A program made the translations under genes and the position numbers. This document shows positions 29,145 through 39,475 of a DNA stretch of 64,000 bases, one piece after another. Positions within the stretch are counted from its first letter, which is position 1; every line of letters begins with the position of its first letter. The notes beneath the pieces were generated by a model, which made no database searches, was not told the DNA's origin, and saw only the letters and a list, made by a program, of their open reading frames with translations. Origin of the DNA: Longimicrobiales bacterium (GTDB lineage: Bacteria > Gemmatimonadota > Gemmatimonadetes > Longimicrobiales > Gaopeijiaceae); assembly GCA_965249725.1 (NCBI GenBank), contig OZ252251.1:640001-704000 (forward strand), given 5' to 3'.

Positions 29145-31385
29145 TCAGCTCTTGAGAATCCGTGTGGCTTGTTCGAGGGCCTCGGAGACTCGATTCAGCA
29201 TGTCTGCGACAAGCCCGATGTGCTCGGTCGCCTCATCCCAGTTCCTCAGTTCGATGGCCTCACGGATGCCCGGCAGGGTCTTCACCCCATACCCGGTGTG
29301 GAAGCCGGGAGCATAGACTTGATGCCGATACCACGGGCGTCGCGGGAGCCCCTGGTCGTTCGTCATGAGGCGCTCCGTGGTCTTCAGCGCCTGATTCAAG
29401 GCCCGGGCCTCGGCCGCGGTCGCCCCCGTGCGTATGACACGCTCCATCTCGACGTCCAACGCTGCCGAACTCGCATCGAGTCGCCGAATGGCGTTCTGCA
29501 CGGGTGCGAAGTTGAGGAATGGCACCTCGTCTTCGGCCTCGGGCGGCACGTACGTCTTCGTGGGGTCGGCGGCCAGCCCATAGGCGTTCAGCGCCACCAG
29601 CTGGTTCCTCCGATCCGTGGACGACCGTGTCTCTTCGAGCAGCTCCATGACCTCGCCGGCGTACAGTCCCACATTGTCCGAGAAGTTCTCGAATCGCATG
29701 GGCAAGACGTCGGCGTTCGCGAGGCGCAGGGTCAGGCGGCCGGTCGTCTTCACGAGGGCCTCTCCGTAGTAGAAGCCCGGATCGCCGAACCGCGTGTAGT
29801 GCTCGAAGGAGTCGAACTGCGAGTGGTATGACCCTCCGCCGTTCTCACCTCCGTAGCTCACATTGAGCGTTGCGATGCCCAGGTGCTGAAGGAACGGCGT
29901 ATAGTCGGAGCCCGATCCCAGAGGACTGATGCGCAGGTCCGGGCGGGTCACGGCCTCGGCGTCGCCCGCCACGGCCCGCTGGGCTTGGGCTCGCTCCCAG
30001 GCGGTTACGCCGGTCTGGGGGTCCTTGATCTCACGAGCCACTTCGTTGACCAGGCGCTCGAGCGTGTGTGAGCCCCCCATGCGGAGGAAGCCCCTCCCGT
30101 TCCCGTCGGTGTTGATGTAAGCGACGGCCTTTTCGCGCAACTCGTCGGCGTGGTCCTCGGCCCATTCGGTGGAGCCGAGCAAGCCTGGCTCCTCGGCGTC
30201 CCACGACCCGTATACGATGGTCCGCTTGGGACGTTGGCCGCTCGCGGCCAGAACCCCGATCGCCCTCGCTTCTTCCATGAGCGCTACGTGCCCGCTGATC
30301 GGGTCGCCCGCTCCCATCGCCCAGCCGTCCCGATGGTTGCCCCGCATGACCCACTCATCCGGGTACTCGGAGCCTTCCATGCGCGCGATGACGTTGTACG
30401 CCGGCTCGAGGTTCCAGTCGAACTCGAGGTGGACACGCACCGTGGCCGGGCCCGGTCCGATGTGGTAGGTGAAGGGCAGGGCACCCCGCCAGGCGGCAGG
30501 CGCTACAGGGCCTCCCAGGGCCCTTAGCAGGGGCTGTGCATCGCCCCACGAGAGCGGAAGTACCGGGATCTTCATGATCGCCGGTGACTCCTCTACGGTG
30601 TACCTCTCCGCGTCTGCGGTGGCTGCCACGAACGGGGTCAACGGATCACCCGGGTAGAGCGGCATGTCCGTTACGGATCCCCGCTGCACGCCCCACTCCA
30701 TCCGGTAGGGCCCGTCCGGGTAGGTGTCCCCCTGGAAGTAGCCATCGTCCCTGGGATCCGAGTACAGGATCGTGGCCACGGCTCCCTTCTCGTAGGCGAG
30801 CTTTGGCTTGATGCCCCGCCAGGACCCGCCGTATCGCGCGATGACGATCTTGCCGGTGACATCGATGCCCATGCGCTCGAGCTCTTCGTAATCCCCCGGA
30901 ATTCCTTGGTTGACATAAACCAACTCGGCCGTGACGTCGCCGTCGGCGCTGTAGGCGTTGTACGAGGGCAGCCGTCCGTCCACCCCGGAGCTGGCATCCT
31001 CTGGAATCACCGGCTCCTCGAGTCCGGCCGTGTACCGTTCCGGAGAGATCATCTCCACCTCGCGGATGCGGGGCTTCGGGAACAGGACCCGGTACTCCAC
31101 GATCTCGGCCTCGTAACCCCACTCCTCGAACAGATCGCGTACGAACTCCGCGTTTTCCTTGTTGTGAGGCGCTCCTACGAAGAACGGCTCTGATGTGATC
31201 CGCTCCATCCAGTTTCGCAGGTTGTCGCGATTCACCTGCTCGTCCAGTCGGGCCTCGAGGGCTCGCTGAGCGGCGGCCGACTCTGCTGAAAACCCTAGCA
31301 TGGAGGACTCTTGTGCCTGGCCGGGCTGGGAAATGAAGAAGAGCGGGCTGAGAAGGGCTATAAGGGCTATGACTCGCTGCGACAT
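29145..31385 (-). CDS. M28 peptidase, glutamate carboxypeptidase II/transferrin receptor-like
   Basis: PA domain, GNHRDGW, GAGDP, WDAEE, GSGSDY, YHS, TfR dimerisation domain. Confidence 0.92.
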   Translation of the reverse strand: MSQRVIALIALLSPLFFISQPGQAQESSMLGFSAESAAAQRALEARLDEQVNRDNLRNWMERITSEPFFVGAPHNKENAEFVRDLFEEWGYEAEIVEYRVLFPKPRIREVEMISPERYTAGLEEPVIPEDASSGVDGRLPSYNAYSADGDVTAELVYVNQGIPGDYEELERMGIDVTGKIVIARYGGSWRGIKPKLAYEKGAVATILYSDPRDDGYFQGDTYPDGPYRMEWGVQRGSVTDMPLYPGDPLTPFVAATADAERYTVEESPAIMKIPVLPLSWGDAQPLLRALGGPVAPAAWRGALPFTYHIGPGPATVRVHLEFDWNLEPAYNVIARMEGSEYPDEWVMRGNHRDGWAMGAGDPISGHVALMEEARAIGVLAASGQRPKRTIVYGSWDAEEPGLLGSTEWAEDHADELREKAVAYINTDGNGRGFLRMGGSHTLERLVNEVAREIKDPQTGVTAWERAQAQRAVAGDAEAVTRPDLRISPLGSGSDYTPFLQHLGIATLNVSYGGENGGGSYHSQFDSFEHYTRFGDPGFYYGEALVKTTGRLTLRLANADVLPMRFENFSDNVGLYAGEVMELLEETRSSTDRRNQLVALNAYGLAADPTKTYVPPEAEDEVPFLNFAPVQNAIRRLDASSAALDVEMERVIRTGATAAEARALNQALKTTERLMTNDQGLPRRPWYRHQVYAPGFHTGYGVKTLPGIREAIELRNWDEATEHIGLVADMLNRVSEALEQATRILKS

Positions 31386-31517
31386 CGTCTGTCTCCGAAT
31401 GGTCGGGTGCTGAGATGTTGGATTTGCTTCGCGTTCCTCTGAGGGGGGTCGAGGAGCGACGTCTAGAGTACGGCGGCGAAGGAGGTGTGGAAATGGGCGA
31501 AACGGAGCGAGTGCCCT

Positions 31518-32654
31518 TCAGTTTCCGGGCCTTCGCGTCGATCCGCGCACCAATTCCAGTAGGATCCCGCCAACCTCATCGTTGTCCTTGAGTCCCCCGA
31601 AGCGCTCGGCTCCCGGGCCCGCGGCAAAGAGGGGAACCAGGGCGGCGGTATGAGCGCCTGTCTCGTACCGCAGGGCGAGAGATGGCCTCCGGGGTTCGCC
31701 GGGATCAAACCGCTGGGTCGAGTCTGCCGGAAAGGACATCCCGCCGGTTTCGTGATCGGCGGTCACGACGATCAGGGTGCCAGGATGCCTCTCTTGATAC
31801 TCCATAGCCGTGGCGATGGCGGCATCCAGCCCGAGCATCTCGGCCGTGACCACCTCCCGTGCCATGTTGCGATGGGCGTAGGTGTCGGACCCTTCGTTCT
31901 CGACCATGAGGAAGAAGCCGTCTGGGTCGCGCCCGAGCACATCGAGTGCAGCGGTCGTCATCTCCACCAGGCTGGGCGATCGCAGGGTCGCAGGCGGCAT
32001 CTCGAGAGGGGAGAAGAGGCCGAGGAGCGGCGAGGTCTCCACCAGGCCCGCTCGGCGAAGCTCATCGGCGGTCTCCACGTAGGTGTACCGCTCCATCACC
32101 TCCGCCCTGAGATCGACGTTGTCCCGTTCCTGGATCCTTCGGAACAGCTGGGTACCGCCGCCCAGGATCACGTCGACCGGCAGATCGGTCATCTGCTTGA
32201 AGATCTCGCCGAGCTGGGTTCGACTTCGGGCGTGGGCGGCGAAGGATGCCGGAGTGGCGTCGGCCACGTAGGTCGTCGTGACCAGGCCGGTGGCCCAGCC
32301 CCTGTCATGGGCCGCCTCGAGCGACGTTCTACGCGGGCGCCCATCCGGGCCCAGGGAGATGGCTCCACGGACGGTACGGACTCCGGTGGCGATCGCCGTG
32401 GCGCTGGCGGCACTGCCTGTCACCTCGTGATCGGACCCCCGCGTGTCCACCAGGCCCGCCACCGGCATCCTGCGGACGGCGAGGTCGTCCGAGCCGAAGC
32501 TGGCCAGGGTCCAGTGCCCTACCCCCGCCCCGTCCGCCATGAACACGATGACCGCTGTCGGATAGTCCTGGCCTGTCGCGACGGGGGCCGTCGTGCAGCT
32601 CGAGGCCAGGAGGAGGAGAAGCGGAGCGACGCCATTCAGGGGCCTACGGCACAT
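31518..32654 (-). CDS. Alkaline phosphatase family lipoprotein
   Basis: FMADGAG, VTGSAASATAIATG (Ser nucleophile), DATPASF, TADHETGG; lipobox ASSC; true start is inside the 640-aa track ORF. Confidence 0.88.
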   Translation of the reverse strand: MCRRPLNGVAPLLLLLASSCTTAPVATGQDYPTAVIVFMADGAGVGHWTLASFGSDDLAVRRMPVAGLVDTRGSDHEVTGSAASATAIATGVRTVRGAISLGPDGRPRRTSLEAAHDRGWATGLVTTTYVADATPASFAAHARSRTQLGEIFKQMTDLPVDVILGGGTQLFRRIQERDNVDLRAEVMERYTYVETADELRRAGLVETSPLLGLFSPLEMPPATLRSPSLVEMTTAALDVLGRDPDGFFLMVENEGSDTYAHRNMAREVVTAEMLGLDAAIATAMEYQERHPGTLIVVTADHETGGMSFPADSTQRFDPGEPRRPSLALRYETGAHTAALVPLFAAGPGAERFGGLKDNDEVGGILLELVRGSTRRPGN

Positions 32655-32683
32655 AGGTATTCCGTTCTGCTGGGCTGTGGATT

Positions 32684-33093
32684 CTAGGCTGCTGCCCGGA
32701 ACGCCCTCTGGAACAGGCGGCGAATCAACAGAACCGCGAGCACCAGAATGATGAGGAGTTCGGCCAGGCTGCCGATGAACCAGATGCCCCAGCCGCGGAA
32801 CATCGAAAGGAACCAGACCAGCGCAGCGCATATCGCGAAGAACTGGAAGACCTCGACAATAGACCGCCAGCTCGCCAATTCCGACAGCGGGAACGAATCC
32901 CACGACCATCGCCAATGTGAACTGGAGTGCGGCAACGAGGATGAAGATGTTGGCGAAGAGGAGGCCGTCACGATCCGTTCGTCCACCTCGACCCACCAGC
33001 GCGGCGCCCGTCCCGATGAGCGGTATGGCTACCGCCATGACGAAGAACGGGAGGGCGTTGCTCTCCGCCAACGCAAACGCATCGAGGAAGATC
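32684..33093 (-). pseudogene. Frameshifted membrane protein gene
   Basis: Hydrophobic N-half (EIFLDAFALAE...FTLAMVVGF) and C-half (FPLSELASW...RRLFQRAF) lie in different frames joined near 32895; no in-frame start before EIFL. Confidence 0.6.
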
Positions 33094-34371
33094 TCACGCG
33101 GCCTGGTGAATCTCCGTGGCGGCGCGGAGCCCTGACGCGAGTGCACCTTGCATCCACCCCCGCGCGTCGGAGGCGTGCTCCCCGGCGAAGTGTACGCGCC
33201 CTTCGGCCATCCCGAGGAACGGGCTGAGATCGGCATCCTGTTGCACTGTGGGTGCAGCGTACGCCGAGCCCGCCCAGGGGTCCTCAGTCCAGGCGTAGGA
33301 CGTTCCCGAGTCCACGTGCGCGGCGACATCCGGGAAGAAACCGCCCCAGTGTCCGAGCACGTGCTGCAGACGTTGCTCTTCGGTGAGGGATGCCAGCTCC
33401 AGGGCTCTGTCCCCTCGGACATAGGACAGCAGCAAGCCACTTGGTCCTGACCGGTCCCAAGTGGGGTGCCACAGCTCCTCCGGCCAGTCGGTAGTGCCCC
33501 AACCGTTCCATCCTTCGGCTTCCCAGAAGCGCTCCCGGAATTGGACGAATACCCTTGTCGCCGCGCGGTACTCGAACCCGCCGCTGGAGGCGCTGAGCTT
33601 CTCGGGAGAGAGTTCGGGTGTGAACCGGATCCGCCCTATCACTGGAAGCGGCACCGAGCAGAGCACTCGATCGACGAACGAGGTTTCACCGTCAGCCGTG
33701 GTCAGCCGAACGCCTCCACCCTGCTGTTCGACGTTCAGTACCTCCGCACCGAACCGCACTCGTTGGCCGAGTGCCTCTGCGAACGCCATAGGGAGCCGGT
33801 CTGTCCCTCCGCGGATCTTCACGAAGGCGGGCCGCTCGGAGAGGAACTCCGTGGGGGACCTGGTGGCGCGCTGTCCGTCGACGTACTCGACGAAGGATCC
33901 TGCTTGAGGATAGAACGGGTCCAGCTCGAGCCCGAAGTGACTGACGTAGCCGAGCGTCAGATCGTGTTCCGGACGGATCCGCGCCGCACCGGCTTCGGCG
34001 AGGTGACCATCCGCGAAGGGGGCACGGAGTGTGAGCACCCTCCCGCCGACCCGGGTCTGACCCTCTAGGATCGTCACCTCGTGGCCGCTCTGACTCAGCT
34101 CGTAGGCGGCGACAAGCCCGGACAGGCCTGCGCCGATGACCGCTACGCGTTTCGGCGACCCTGATCCGAGTGGTCCGGGGCTTTCTTCGGGTGTCGTCGG
34201 CCCGTCGCACGACACGAGTGTCGAACCAGCCAGCGCGAGGGCGCTTTGTCGAACGAAATCTCGTCTAGTGAGGTTTTGGGGTATCAGTGGGGGTATCAGT
34301 GGGGGTATCAGTGGGGGTATCAGTGGGGGTATCACGGTGATCGGGACAGGTGACTCTCGTGCGTCGATCAT
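33094..34371 (-). CDS. Flavin monoamine oxidase/L-amino-acid oxidase family Tat lipoprotein
   Basis: TRRDFV Tat motif plus LVSC, GAGLSG, RVGGRV, EAGAARI, FAGEH, GWMQGALASG; start uncertain. Confidence 0.85.
   Translation of the reverse strand: MIDARESPVPITVIPPLIPPLIPPLIPPLIPQNLTRRDFVRQSALALAGSTLVSCDGPTTPEESPGPLGSGSPKRVAVIGAGLSGLVAAYELSQSGHEVTILEGQTRVGGRVLTLRAPFADGHLAEAGAARIRPEHDLTLGYVSHFGLELDPFYPQAGSFVEYVDGQRATRSPTEFLSERPAFVKIRGGTDRLPMAFAEALGQRVRFGAEVLNVEQQGGGVRLTTADGETSFVDRVLCSVPLPVIGRIRFTPELSPEKLSASSGGFEYRAATRVFVQFRERFWEAEGWNGWGTTDWPEELWHPTWDRSGPSGLLLSYVRGDRALELASLTEEQRLQHVLGHWGGFFPDVAAHVDSGTSYAWTEDPWAGSAYAAPTVQQDADLSPFLGMAEGRVHFAGEHASDARGWMQGALASGLRAATEIHQAA
34278..34334. repeat. 12-bp tandem repeat GGGGGTATCAGT x~4.8, encoding IPPL repeats
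   Basis: Read directly; immediately before the Tat motif. Confidence 0.95.
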
Positions 34372-34506
34372 GACAACGTAGGCGGCAACGTACGTGACAA
34401 CGTACGTGGGGCCTGGAGTGGGCTTTCCTCGTCTCGACGCCGGCTTGACGTGAGTCGACCCGTGTAAGGAGGTTGCTCTTTCGATCATCATCCACCGGAG
34501 ATCCCA

Positions 34507-35586
34507 GTGCCCGTTCGATTCCGTGCCTTGGCTGCCGTCGCCCTTTGCGTGTCCCCCGCTGTTCTGTGGGGTTGGCCTCCCGAAATGGCCAGCGCCCAAG
34601 TCCGCCCCATGCGGACCGAGCAGGAGAGCGGTACCTCCGTGCTTCTTCAGGCTGTGAGCCCGGTGAGTGATCAGATCGTGTGGGCCTCCGGCCACGGAGG
34701 GACCTTCGCCCGGACCACCGACGGGGGGGCGACCTGGACGGCCAGCGTGATGCCCGGAGAGGAGACGCTCCAGTTCCGGGACATCGACGCGTTCAGCGCT
34801 CGCACGGCCTACATGATGAGCGCCGGCGGCGGGACCGTATCGCGGATCTACCGTACCGATAACGGCGGCGACACGTGGGACCTCCAATTCCAGAATGAGC
34901 ATCCCGACGGCTTCTTCGACTGCATGGCTTTCTGGGACGTGGACCACGGCGTCCTGTATGGAGACGAGATCGAGGGGCAGCTCTACATTCTCCGGACCGA
35001 CGATGGGGGAGATTCCTGGAATCGTGTGCCCGCCAACTCGTTGCCTCCCGCACAGGACGGGGAGGGTGGCTTCGCTGCGAGCGGCACGTGCATCGCTACC
35101 GGCGAGGGTGGTCGCGGTTGGATCGCAACGGGTGCCGCGGAGCGCGCTCGGGTGTTGGTGACCGAGGATCAGGGCCGGACGTGGACCGAATCGCCGGTAC
35201 CTGTTCCGGGCGGGAACGCGGCAGGACTGACGACGATCGGCTTCCTCGACAACGACACCGGAATCGCCCTGGGTGGGTTGATCGGGCAGGATACGATGCG
35301 GGTGGACAACGTGACGGTTACGTCCGACGGCGGTCGCACGTGGACGTCAGGGGGCAGATCACGCCTGGCCGGTCCGGTCTACGGATCCTCCTGGGTGCCC
35401 GGGGCCTCGAGCCCCACCGTGTTCGCTGTGGGCCCCGGAGGAGCCGACTACTCGGTGGACGGCGGGCGAAGCTGGCGAGCGGCGGATACACGCACCTACT
35501 GGGCGGTCTCCTTCGTGTCGCCAGGGCGCGGGTGGGCGGTGGGTCCGCGAGGACGGATCACCCGCTTCGGTTTCGGGGGTCGCTGA
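34507..35586 (+). CDS. Secreted BNR/Asp-box beta-propeller (Ycf48-like)
   Basis: Signal peptide, repeated TxDGGxTW, EGGFAASGTC. Confidence 0.82.
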   Translation: MPVRFRALAAVALCVSPAVLWGWPPEMASAQVRPMRTEQESGTSVLLQAVSPVSDQIVWASGHGGTFARTTDGGATWTASVMPGEETLQFRDIDAFSARTAYMMSAGGGTVSRIYRTDNGGDTWDLQFQNEHPDGFFDCMAFWDVDHGVLYGDEIEGQLYILRTDDGGDSWNRVPANSLPPAQDGEGGFAASGTCIATGEGGRGWIATGAAERARVLVTEDQGRTWTESPVPVPGGNAAGLTTIGFLDNDTGIALGGLIGQDTMRVDNVTVTSDGGRTWTSGGRSRLAGPVYGSSWVPGASSPTVFAVGPGGADYSVDGGRSWRAADTRTYWAVSFVSPGRGWAVGPRGRITRFGFGGR

Positions 35587-35710
35587 CCCTGCGTCTCCGG
35601 CTCCCGACCCACCTCGGCCGGGAACTTCTGCACGGGGTAACGGGATATGGAGTCATCTGTGCAAGACGGGGCCGCCCTGGTGAAGTGGTCCTGGCCAACC
35701 GGAGGGACCC

Positions 35711-36673
35711 ATGCTGATCAAGCGACCTGCCGATATTCCTTCGTCCGAGATCACGTCGGAGAGCGTCTACCTGAATCGCCGCGAGTTCATTGCCGGGCTC
35801 GCGCTGGCCGGGGCGGTGGGCGGCTCGATCCTGGATCCTCGGCGTGCCGAAGCGCAGCGCCCTAGCGATCTGCCCGGGTACGATCAGAAAGACTGGAGCA
35901 AGGTCCGCTCTGAACTCGACGAGTCGCTGAACTCCCACAAGGACGTCACCACATACAACAACTTCTACGAGTTCGGCACCGGCAAGGGTGATCCGGTGAA
36001 GAACGCGCACACGTTACGACCGGAACCCTGGACCATCGAGGTAGACGGTCTGTGCGCCAACCCGGGGACGTACGGGTTGGAGGACTTTGTGAAGCCCGGG
36101 AAGATGGAAGACCGCGTCTATCGTCTCCGCTGCGTCGAGGCCTGGTCGATGGTGGTTCCCTGGTACGGCTTATCGCTCAAGGACGTCATCGATCGGGCCG
36201 ATCCGCTCGGTAGTGCACAGTACGTGGAATTCACGACGCTCTACGACCTCGAGCAGATGCCGATGCAGCGCGCCTTCGTGCTGGAGTGGCCTTACGTCGA
36301 AGGACTTCGCTTGGACGAGGCACGCCATCCCCTGACCATGTTGGTGACGGGCGTCTACGGGCAGGATCTGCCGAACCAGAACGGGGCTCCATTGCGGCTC
36401 GTGATCCCTTGGAAGTACGGCTTCAAGGGTATCAAGTCGATCGTGAAGATGAGCTTCACCGATACCCCGCCTCTCAACTCGTGGCAGCGTTCCACTCCGT
36501 GGGAGTACGGGTTCTACGCCAACGTGAACCCTGAAGTGAACCATCCTCGGTGGAGCCAGGCACGGGAGCGCAGGCTGGGTGAGTTTCGCAAGCGCGAGAC
36601 GCTCATGTTCAACGGGTACGGCGATCAGGTGGCCAGCCTCTACTCCGGGATGGACCTTCGGGTGAACTTCTGA
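35711..36673 (+). CDS. msrP: Protein-methionine-sulfoxide reductase catalytic subunit
   Basis: SEITSESVYLNRREF Tat signal, YNNFYEFG, RLRCVEAWS, PWKYGFKGIKSI, HPRWSQA. Confidence 0.96.
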   Translation: MLIKRPADIPSSEITSESVYLNRREFIAGLALAGAVGGSILDPRRAEAQRPSDLPGYDQKDWSKVRSELDESLNSHKDVTTYNNFYEFGTGKGDPVKNAHTLRPEPWTIEVDGLCANPGTYGLEDFVKPGKMEDRVYRLRCVEAWSMVVPWYGLSLKDVIDRADPLGSAQYVEFTTLYDLEQMPMQRAFVLEWPYVEGLRLDEARHPLTMLVTGVYGQDLPNQNGAPLRLVIPWKYGFKGIKSIVKMSFTDTPPLNSWQRSTPWEYGFYANVNPEVNHPRWSQARERRLGEFRKRETLMFNGYGDQVASLYSGMDLRVNF

Positions 36674-36689
36674 TCGGACGCTGAGCCGG

Positions 36690-37337
36690 TTGAACAAGAA
36701 GCGACAGATCCTCCTCCTCAAGGTCGTGGTGTGGCTGATCGGTCTTACGCCCGCGACCTGGCTCGTGTGGCGTGGCCTGACGGATCGTTTGGGAGCCAAT
36801 CCCATCGAGGAGATCCTGCATCGGCTGGGTGGTACGGCGTTGATCCTCCTCCTGACGACGCTGTCGGTGACGCCCATCCGGAGCGTCACGGGGTGGAACA
36901 GCCTCACCCATCTCCGCCGCCCGTTGGGGCTCTTCGGCTTCTTCTATCTCACCCTGCACTTTCTGACCTACGCCGTCCTGGACCAGACCCTCGACTGGGA
37001 GTTCATTCTCGAGGACTTGACCGAGCGGCGGTACATCATCGTGGGATTCACGGCGTGGGTCCTCCTGATCCCTCTGGCGGTGACGTCGACCAAGGGATGG
37101 ATCAGGCGGCTCGGCAAGCGCTGGCAGAAGCTCCATCGCATCGCGTACGTCTCGACGGCCCTCGGCGTGCTGCACTTCTATTGGCAGGTGAAGGCGGACA
37201 CTTACTGGCCCCTGGTGGCGACGACGGTCCTTGCGGTACTCATGCTCTTCCGACTCCGGGTGTGGCGGAGCAAGAGGTCTGCCAAGTCCGGCCCCGCTGC
37301 GGCGGTACCGGGTGCCTCCTCGGCGGCGAACCGCTAG
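36690..37337 (+). CDS. msrQ: Protein-methionine-sulfoxide reductase heme-binding subunit
   Basis: LGANPIE, RRPLGL, YLTLH, LAVTS, WQKLHR; follows msrP. Confidence 0.93.
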   Translation: MNKKRQILLLKVVVWLIGLTPATWLVWRGLTDRLGANPIEEILHRLGGTALILLLTTLSVTPIRSVTGWNSLTHLRRPLGLFGFFYLTLHFLTYAVLDQTLDWEFILEDLTERRYIIVGFTAWVLLIPLAVTSTKGWIRRLGKRWQKLHRIAYVSTALGVLHFYWQVKADTYWPLVATTVLAVLMLFRLRVWRSKRSAKSGPAAAVPGASSAANR

Positions 37338-37347
37338 GACGGTCACG

Positions 37348-38814
37348 ATGCCACTCGAGCGATACCGAACGATCATCCCGGAGTGGGATCGCTTTCAGGC
37401 GACCATCCTGTTACGCGATCCGACGACGATCCGAGTTCGCACAGGACGGACCACATCAGGGGAGCTCGCCGAGCGACTCCGGACCCAGGGCTTCGTGCTC
37501 GAGCCTATCGAGGGGCTCCCCGACTTCATGCGCGTGGTCGACGGCCCGCACAGCGTGGCCGACACCATCGAGAACTGGCTCGGGATGTTCTACATCCAGC
37601 AAGCCTCCACGGGGGTAGCCGCTCCGCTTCTTGGGCCTCGCCCGGGGGAGCGCATTCTCGACATGTGTGCCGCGCCGGGGGGTAAGACGACTCACGCTGC
37701 AGACCTCATGGAAGACCGTGGCTGTATTGTGGCTGTGGATCGCAACGAGCACCGCATCCGCGCGCTGCTGGGCAACCTCTATCGCACCGCTCACCCCAAT
37801 GTGCTGGTGGTATCGGGCGATGGAAGGGCGCTCCCGGACGGGGCCCTGTTCGACCGGGTGCTCGTGGATGCGCCCTGTTCCGCCGAGGGCACGCTGCGCC
37901 GTAAGGGCGGAATCGTTCGCGGGCAGCCGAAGAAGTTCCGTCAGGGGGTACCCCGACGGCAGGAGGGGCTTCTTCGAAGAGCGATCGAGTTGACCCGTCC
38001 TGGTGGGGTCGTGCTCTATTCCACCTGCACTTTCGCCCCGGAGGAGAACGAGGCTGTGGTCAGCCGTGTTCTCGAGGATGCTCCGGTAGTGCTCGAACCC
38101 ATTTCCATCGAGGCGCCCCACGCGCCGGGGCTGATGAGCTTCGAGGGTGTGAAGTACCACGCCAGCCTGGAAGGGGCGTGCCGCATCTATCCCCACCACC
38201 TGGATTCCGGCGGGCTGTTCCTGGCAAGGCTCCGTCGCTTGGACGGGGACGCGTCAGGGGGAGGAGCCGATGGAGGGAGAGGCCAGGATCTGCCTGGATG
38301 GAGCCCTGTCCCCGTAGCCTTTCCCGATGGTACCGATCCCGACAAGGCCCGGCGGATGATCGACGAGGGGATGGAGAGGCTCAGAGCGTACTTCGGCGTC
38401 GAAGAGGCCGCATTCGAGGGGCTTCACTGGATGGTGCGAGGCGACGACTTATGGGTGCATCGCTGCGGCAGTTGGCCGCTGGATGCATGGGGTGAGCCCG
38501 ACCGTTGGCGCGTGGTGTCGGTTGGGCTGCGGGCGATGGTACCGGACTACAAGGGCCGCCCCAGGCCGACGAACGATCTCTTGCGACTGCTGGAGGGGGC
38601 GCTGGGTCAGAGTGTCGTTCCGCTGTCACGCGGCCAGTGGAAAGCGCTCCTCGAAGGCGCCGAGGTCGATGTCCCCGGTATCCAGTCGGGCTTCTCGCCT
38701 CTGGGTCTCGACGGGCATGTGGCGGGGCGTGGGCTGGTTCGCGGGGAACGCGTGAAGCATGAGATCCCGAAGGTTCAGGCGCGTTGGCTCGCCAAGATTC
38801 TCGGATCTGACTGA
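37348..38814 (+). CDS. RsmB/NOP2/RsmF family RNA m5C methyltransferase
   Basis: DMCAAPGGKT, DAPCS, YSTCT, PEENE. Confidence 0.92.
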   Translation: MPLERYRTIIPEWDRFQATILLRDPTTIRVRTGRTTSGELAERLRTQGFVLEPIEGLPDFMRVVDGPHSVADTIENWLGMFYIQQASTGVAAPLLGPRPGERILDMCAAPGGKTTHAADLMEDRGCIVAVDRNEHRIRALLGNLYRTAHPNVLVVSGDGRALPDGALFDRVLVDAPCSAEGTLRRKGGIVRGQPKKFRQGVPRRQEGLLRRAIELTRPGGVVLYSTCTFAPEENEAVVSRVLEDAPVVLEPISIEAPHAPGLMSFEGVKYHASLEGACRIYPHHLDSGGLFLARLRRLDGDASGGGADGGRGQDLPGWSPVPVAFPDGTDPDKARRMIDEGMERLRAYFGVEEAAFEGLHWMVRGDDLWVHRCGSWPLDAWGEPDRWRVVSVGLRAMVPDYKGRPRPTNDLLRLLEGALGQSVVPLSRGQWKALLEGAEVDVPGIQSGFSPLGLDGHVAGRGLVRGERVKHEIPKVQARWLAKILGSD

Positions 38815-38839
38815 CCAAAGGGAACGTGGCCGAGAAGCG

Positions 38840-39226
38840 CTAGAGCATGGGGGCGAGCAGACTCTCCACGAAACGTCCATCGGACGGAGCGAGTGGTAGG
38901 TCCCGCAGGGCATCCAACCCGAACCAACCGATCTCCGAGTGCTCGAGGGCGCTGGGCTCGCCGGCGACCTCTACGTCGACGAACCTGATCATGAACGGAG
39001 CCTTCGGGTCCCGGCTCTCGAAAAGGATGTTACCGACAGAGAGCGTGCGCAGATCGAGTTCCTCTATGAGTTCCCGCTCCACCGCCTCGAAGTCGGTTTC
39101 CCCGGGATCGACCTTGCCGCCCGGAAACTCCCAGAGTCCTCCGTGTCGCTTGTGGACGGGGCGTCGGCCCAGAAGAAACAGGGGGCCTTTGCGAATGACG
39201 GCGGCTACGACTGAAATCTCATCCAT
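38840..39226 (-). CDS. Nudix hydrolase (MutT/NudG-like)
   Basis: WEFPGGKVDPGETDFEAVERELIEEL Nudix box. Confidence 0.92.
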   Translation of the reverse strand: MDEISVVAAVIRKGPLFLLGRRPVHKRHGGLWEFPGGKVDPGETDFEAVERELIEELDLRTLSVGNILFESRDPKAPFMIRFVDVEVAGEPSALEHSEIGWFGLDALRDLPLAPSDGRFVESLLAPML

Positions 39227-39475
39227 AGCGCCACGGTAACTCGCTGTGTGAGCCGGGGCGACCGCGGCCCTGCGTTCCCGACCGAAGGGCATGTTTCTTG
39301 ACCGTCGGAGGGGCTCCGCTTAGAGTCACCGACCCAGCAGGCAGCCCCTCCGTCGTCCCCCCCGACGATCCTGCAGTGGTTTGGCTACGAGTTGATCGGT
39401 CCTGTCCGGTTCGTCCAGATCGTTGAGGCGATTCCTCGGTGCGGCTCGGTCCGATTCGCAGAAAGAGGCGCGATA

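Noticed and set aside
31518..33440. 640-aa membrane protein-alkaline phosphatase fusion in the ORF track
   Set aside because: The open frame runs through the oxidase 3' end and a pseudogene half; the phosphatase has its own lipoprotein signal from 32654.
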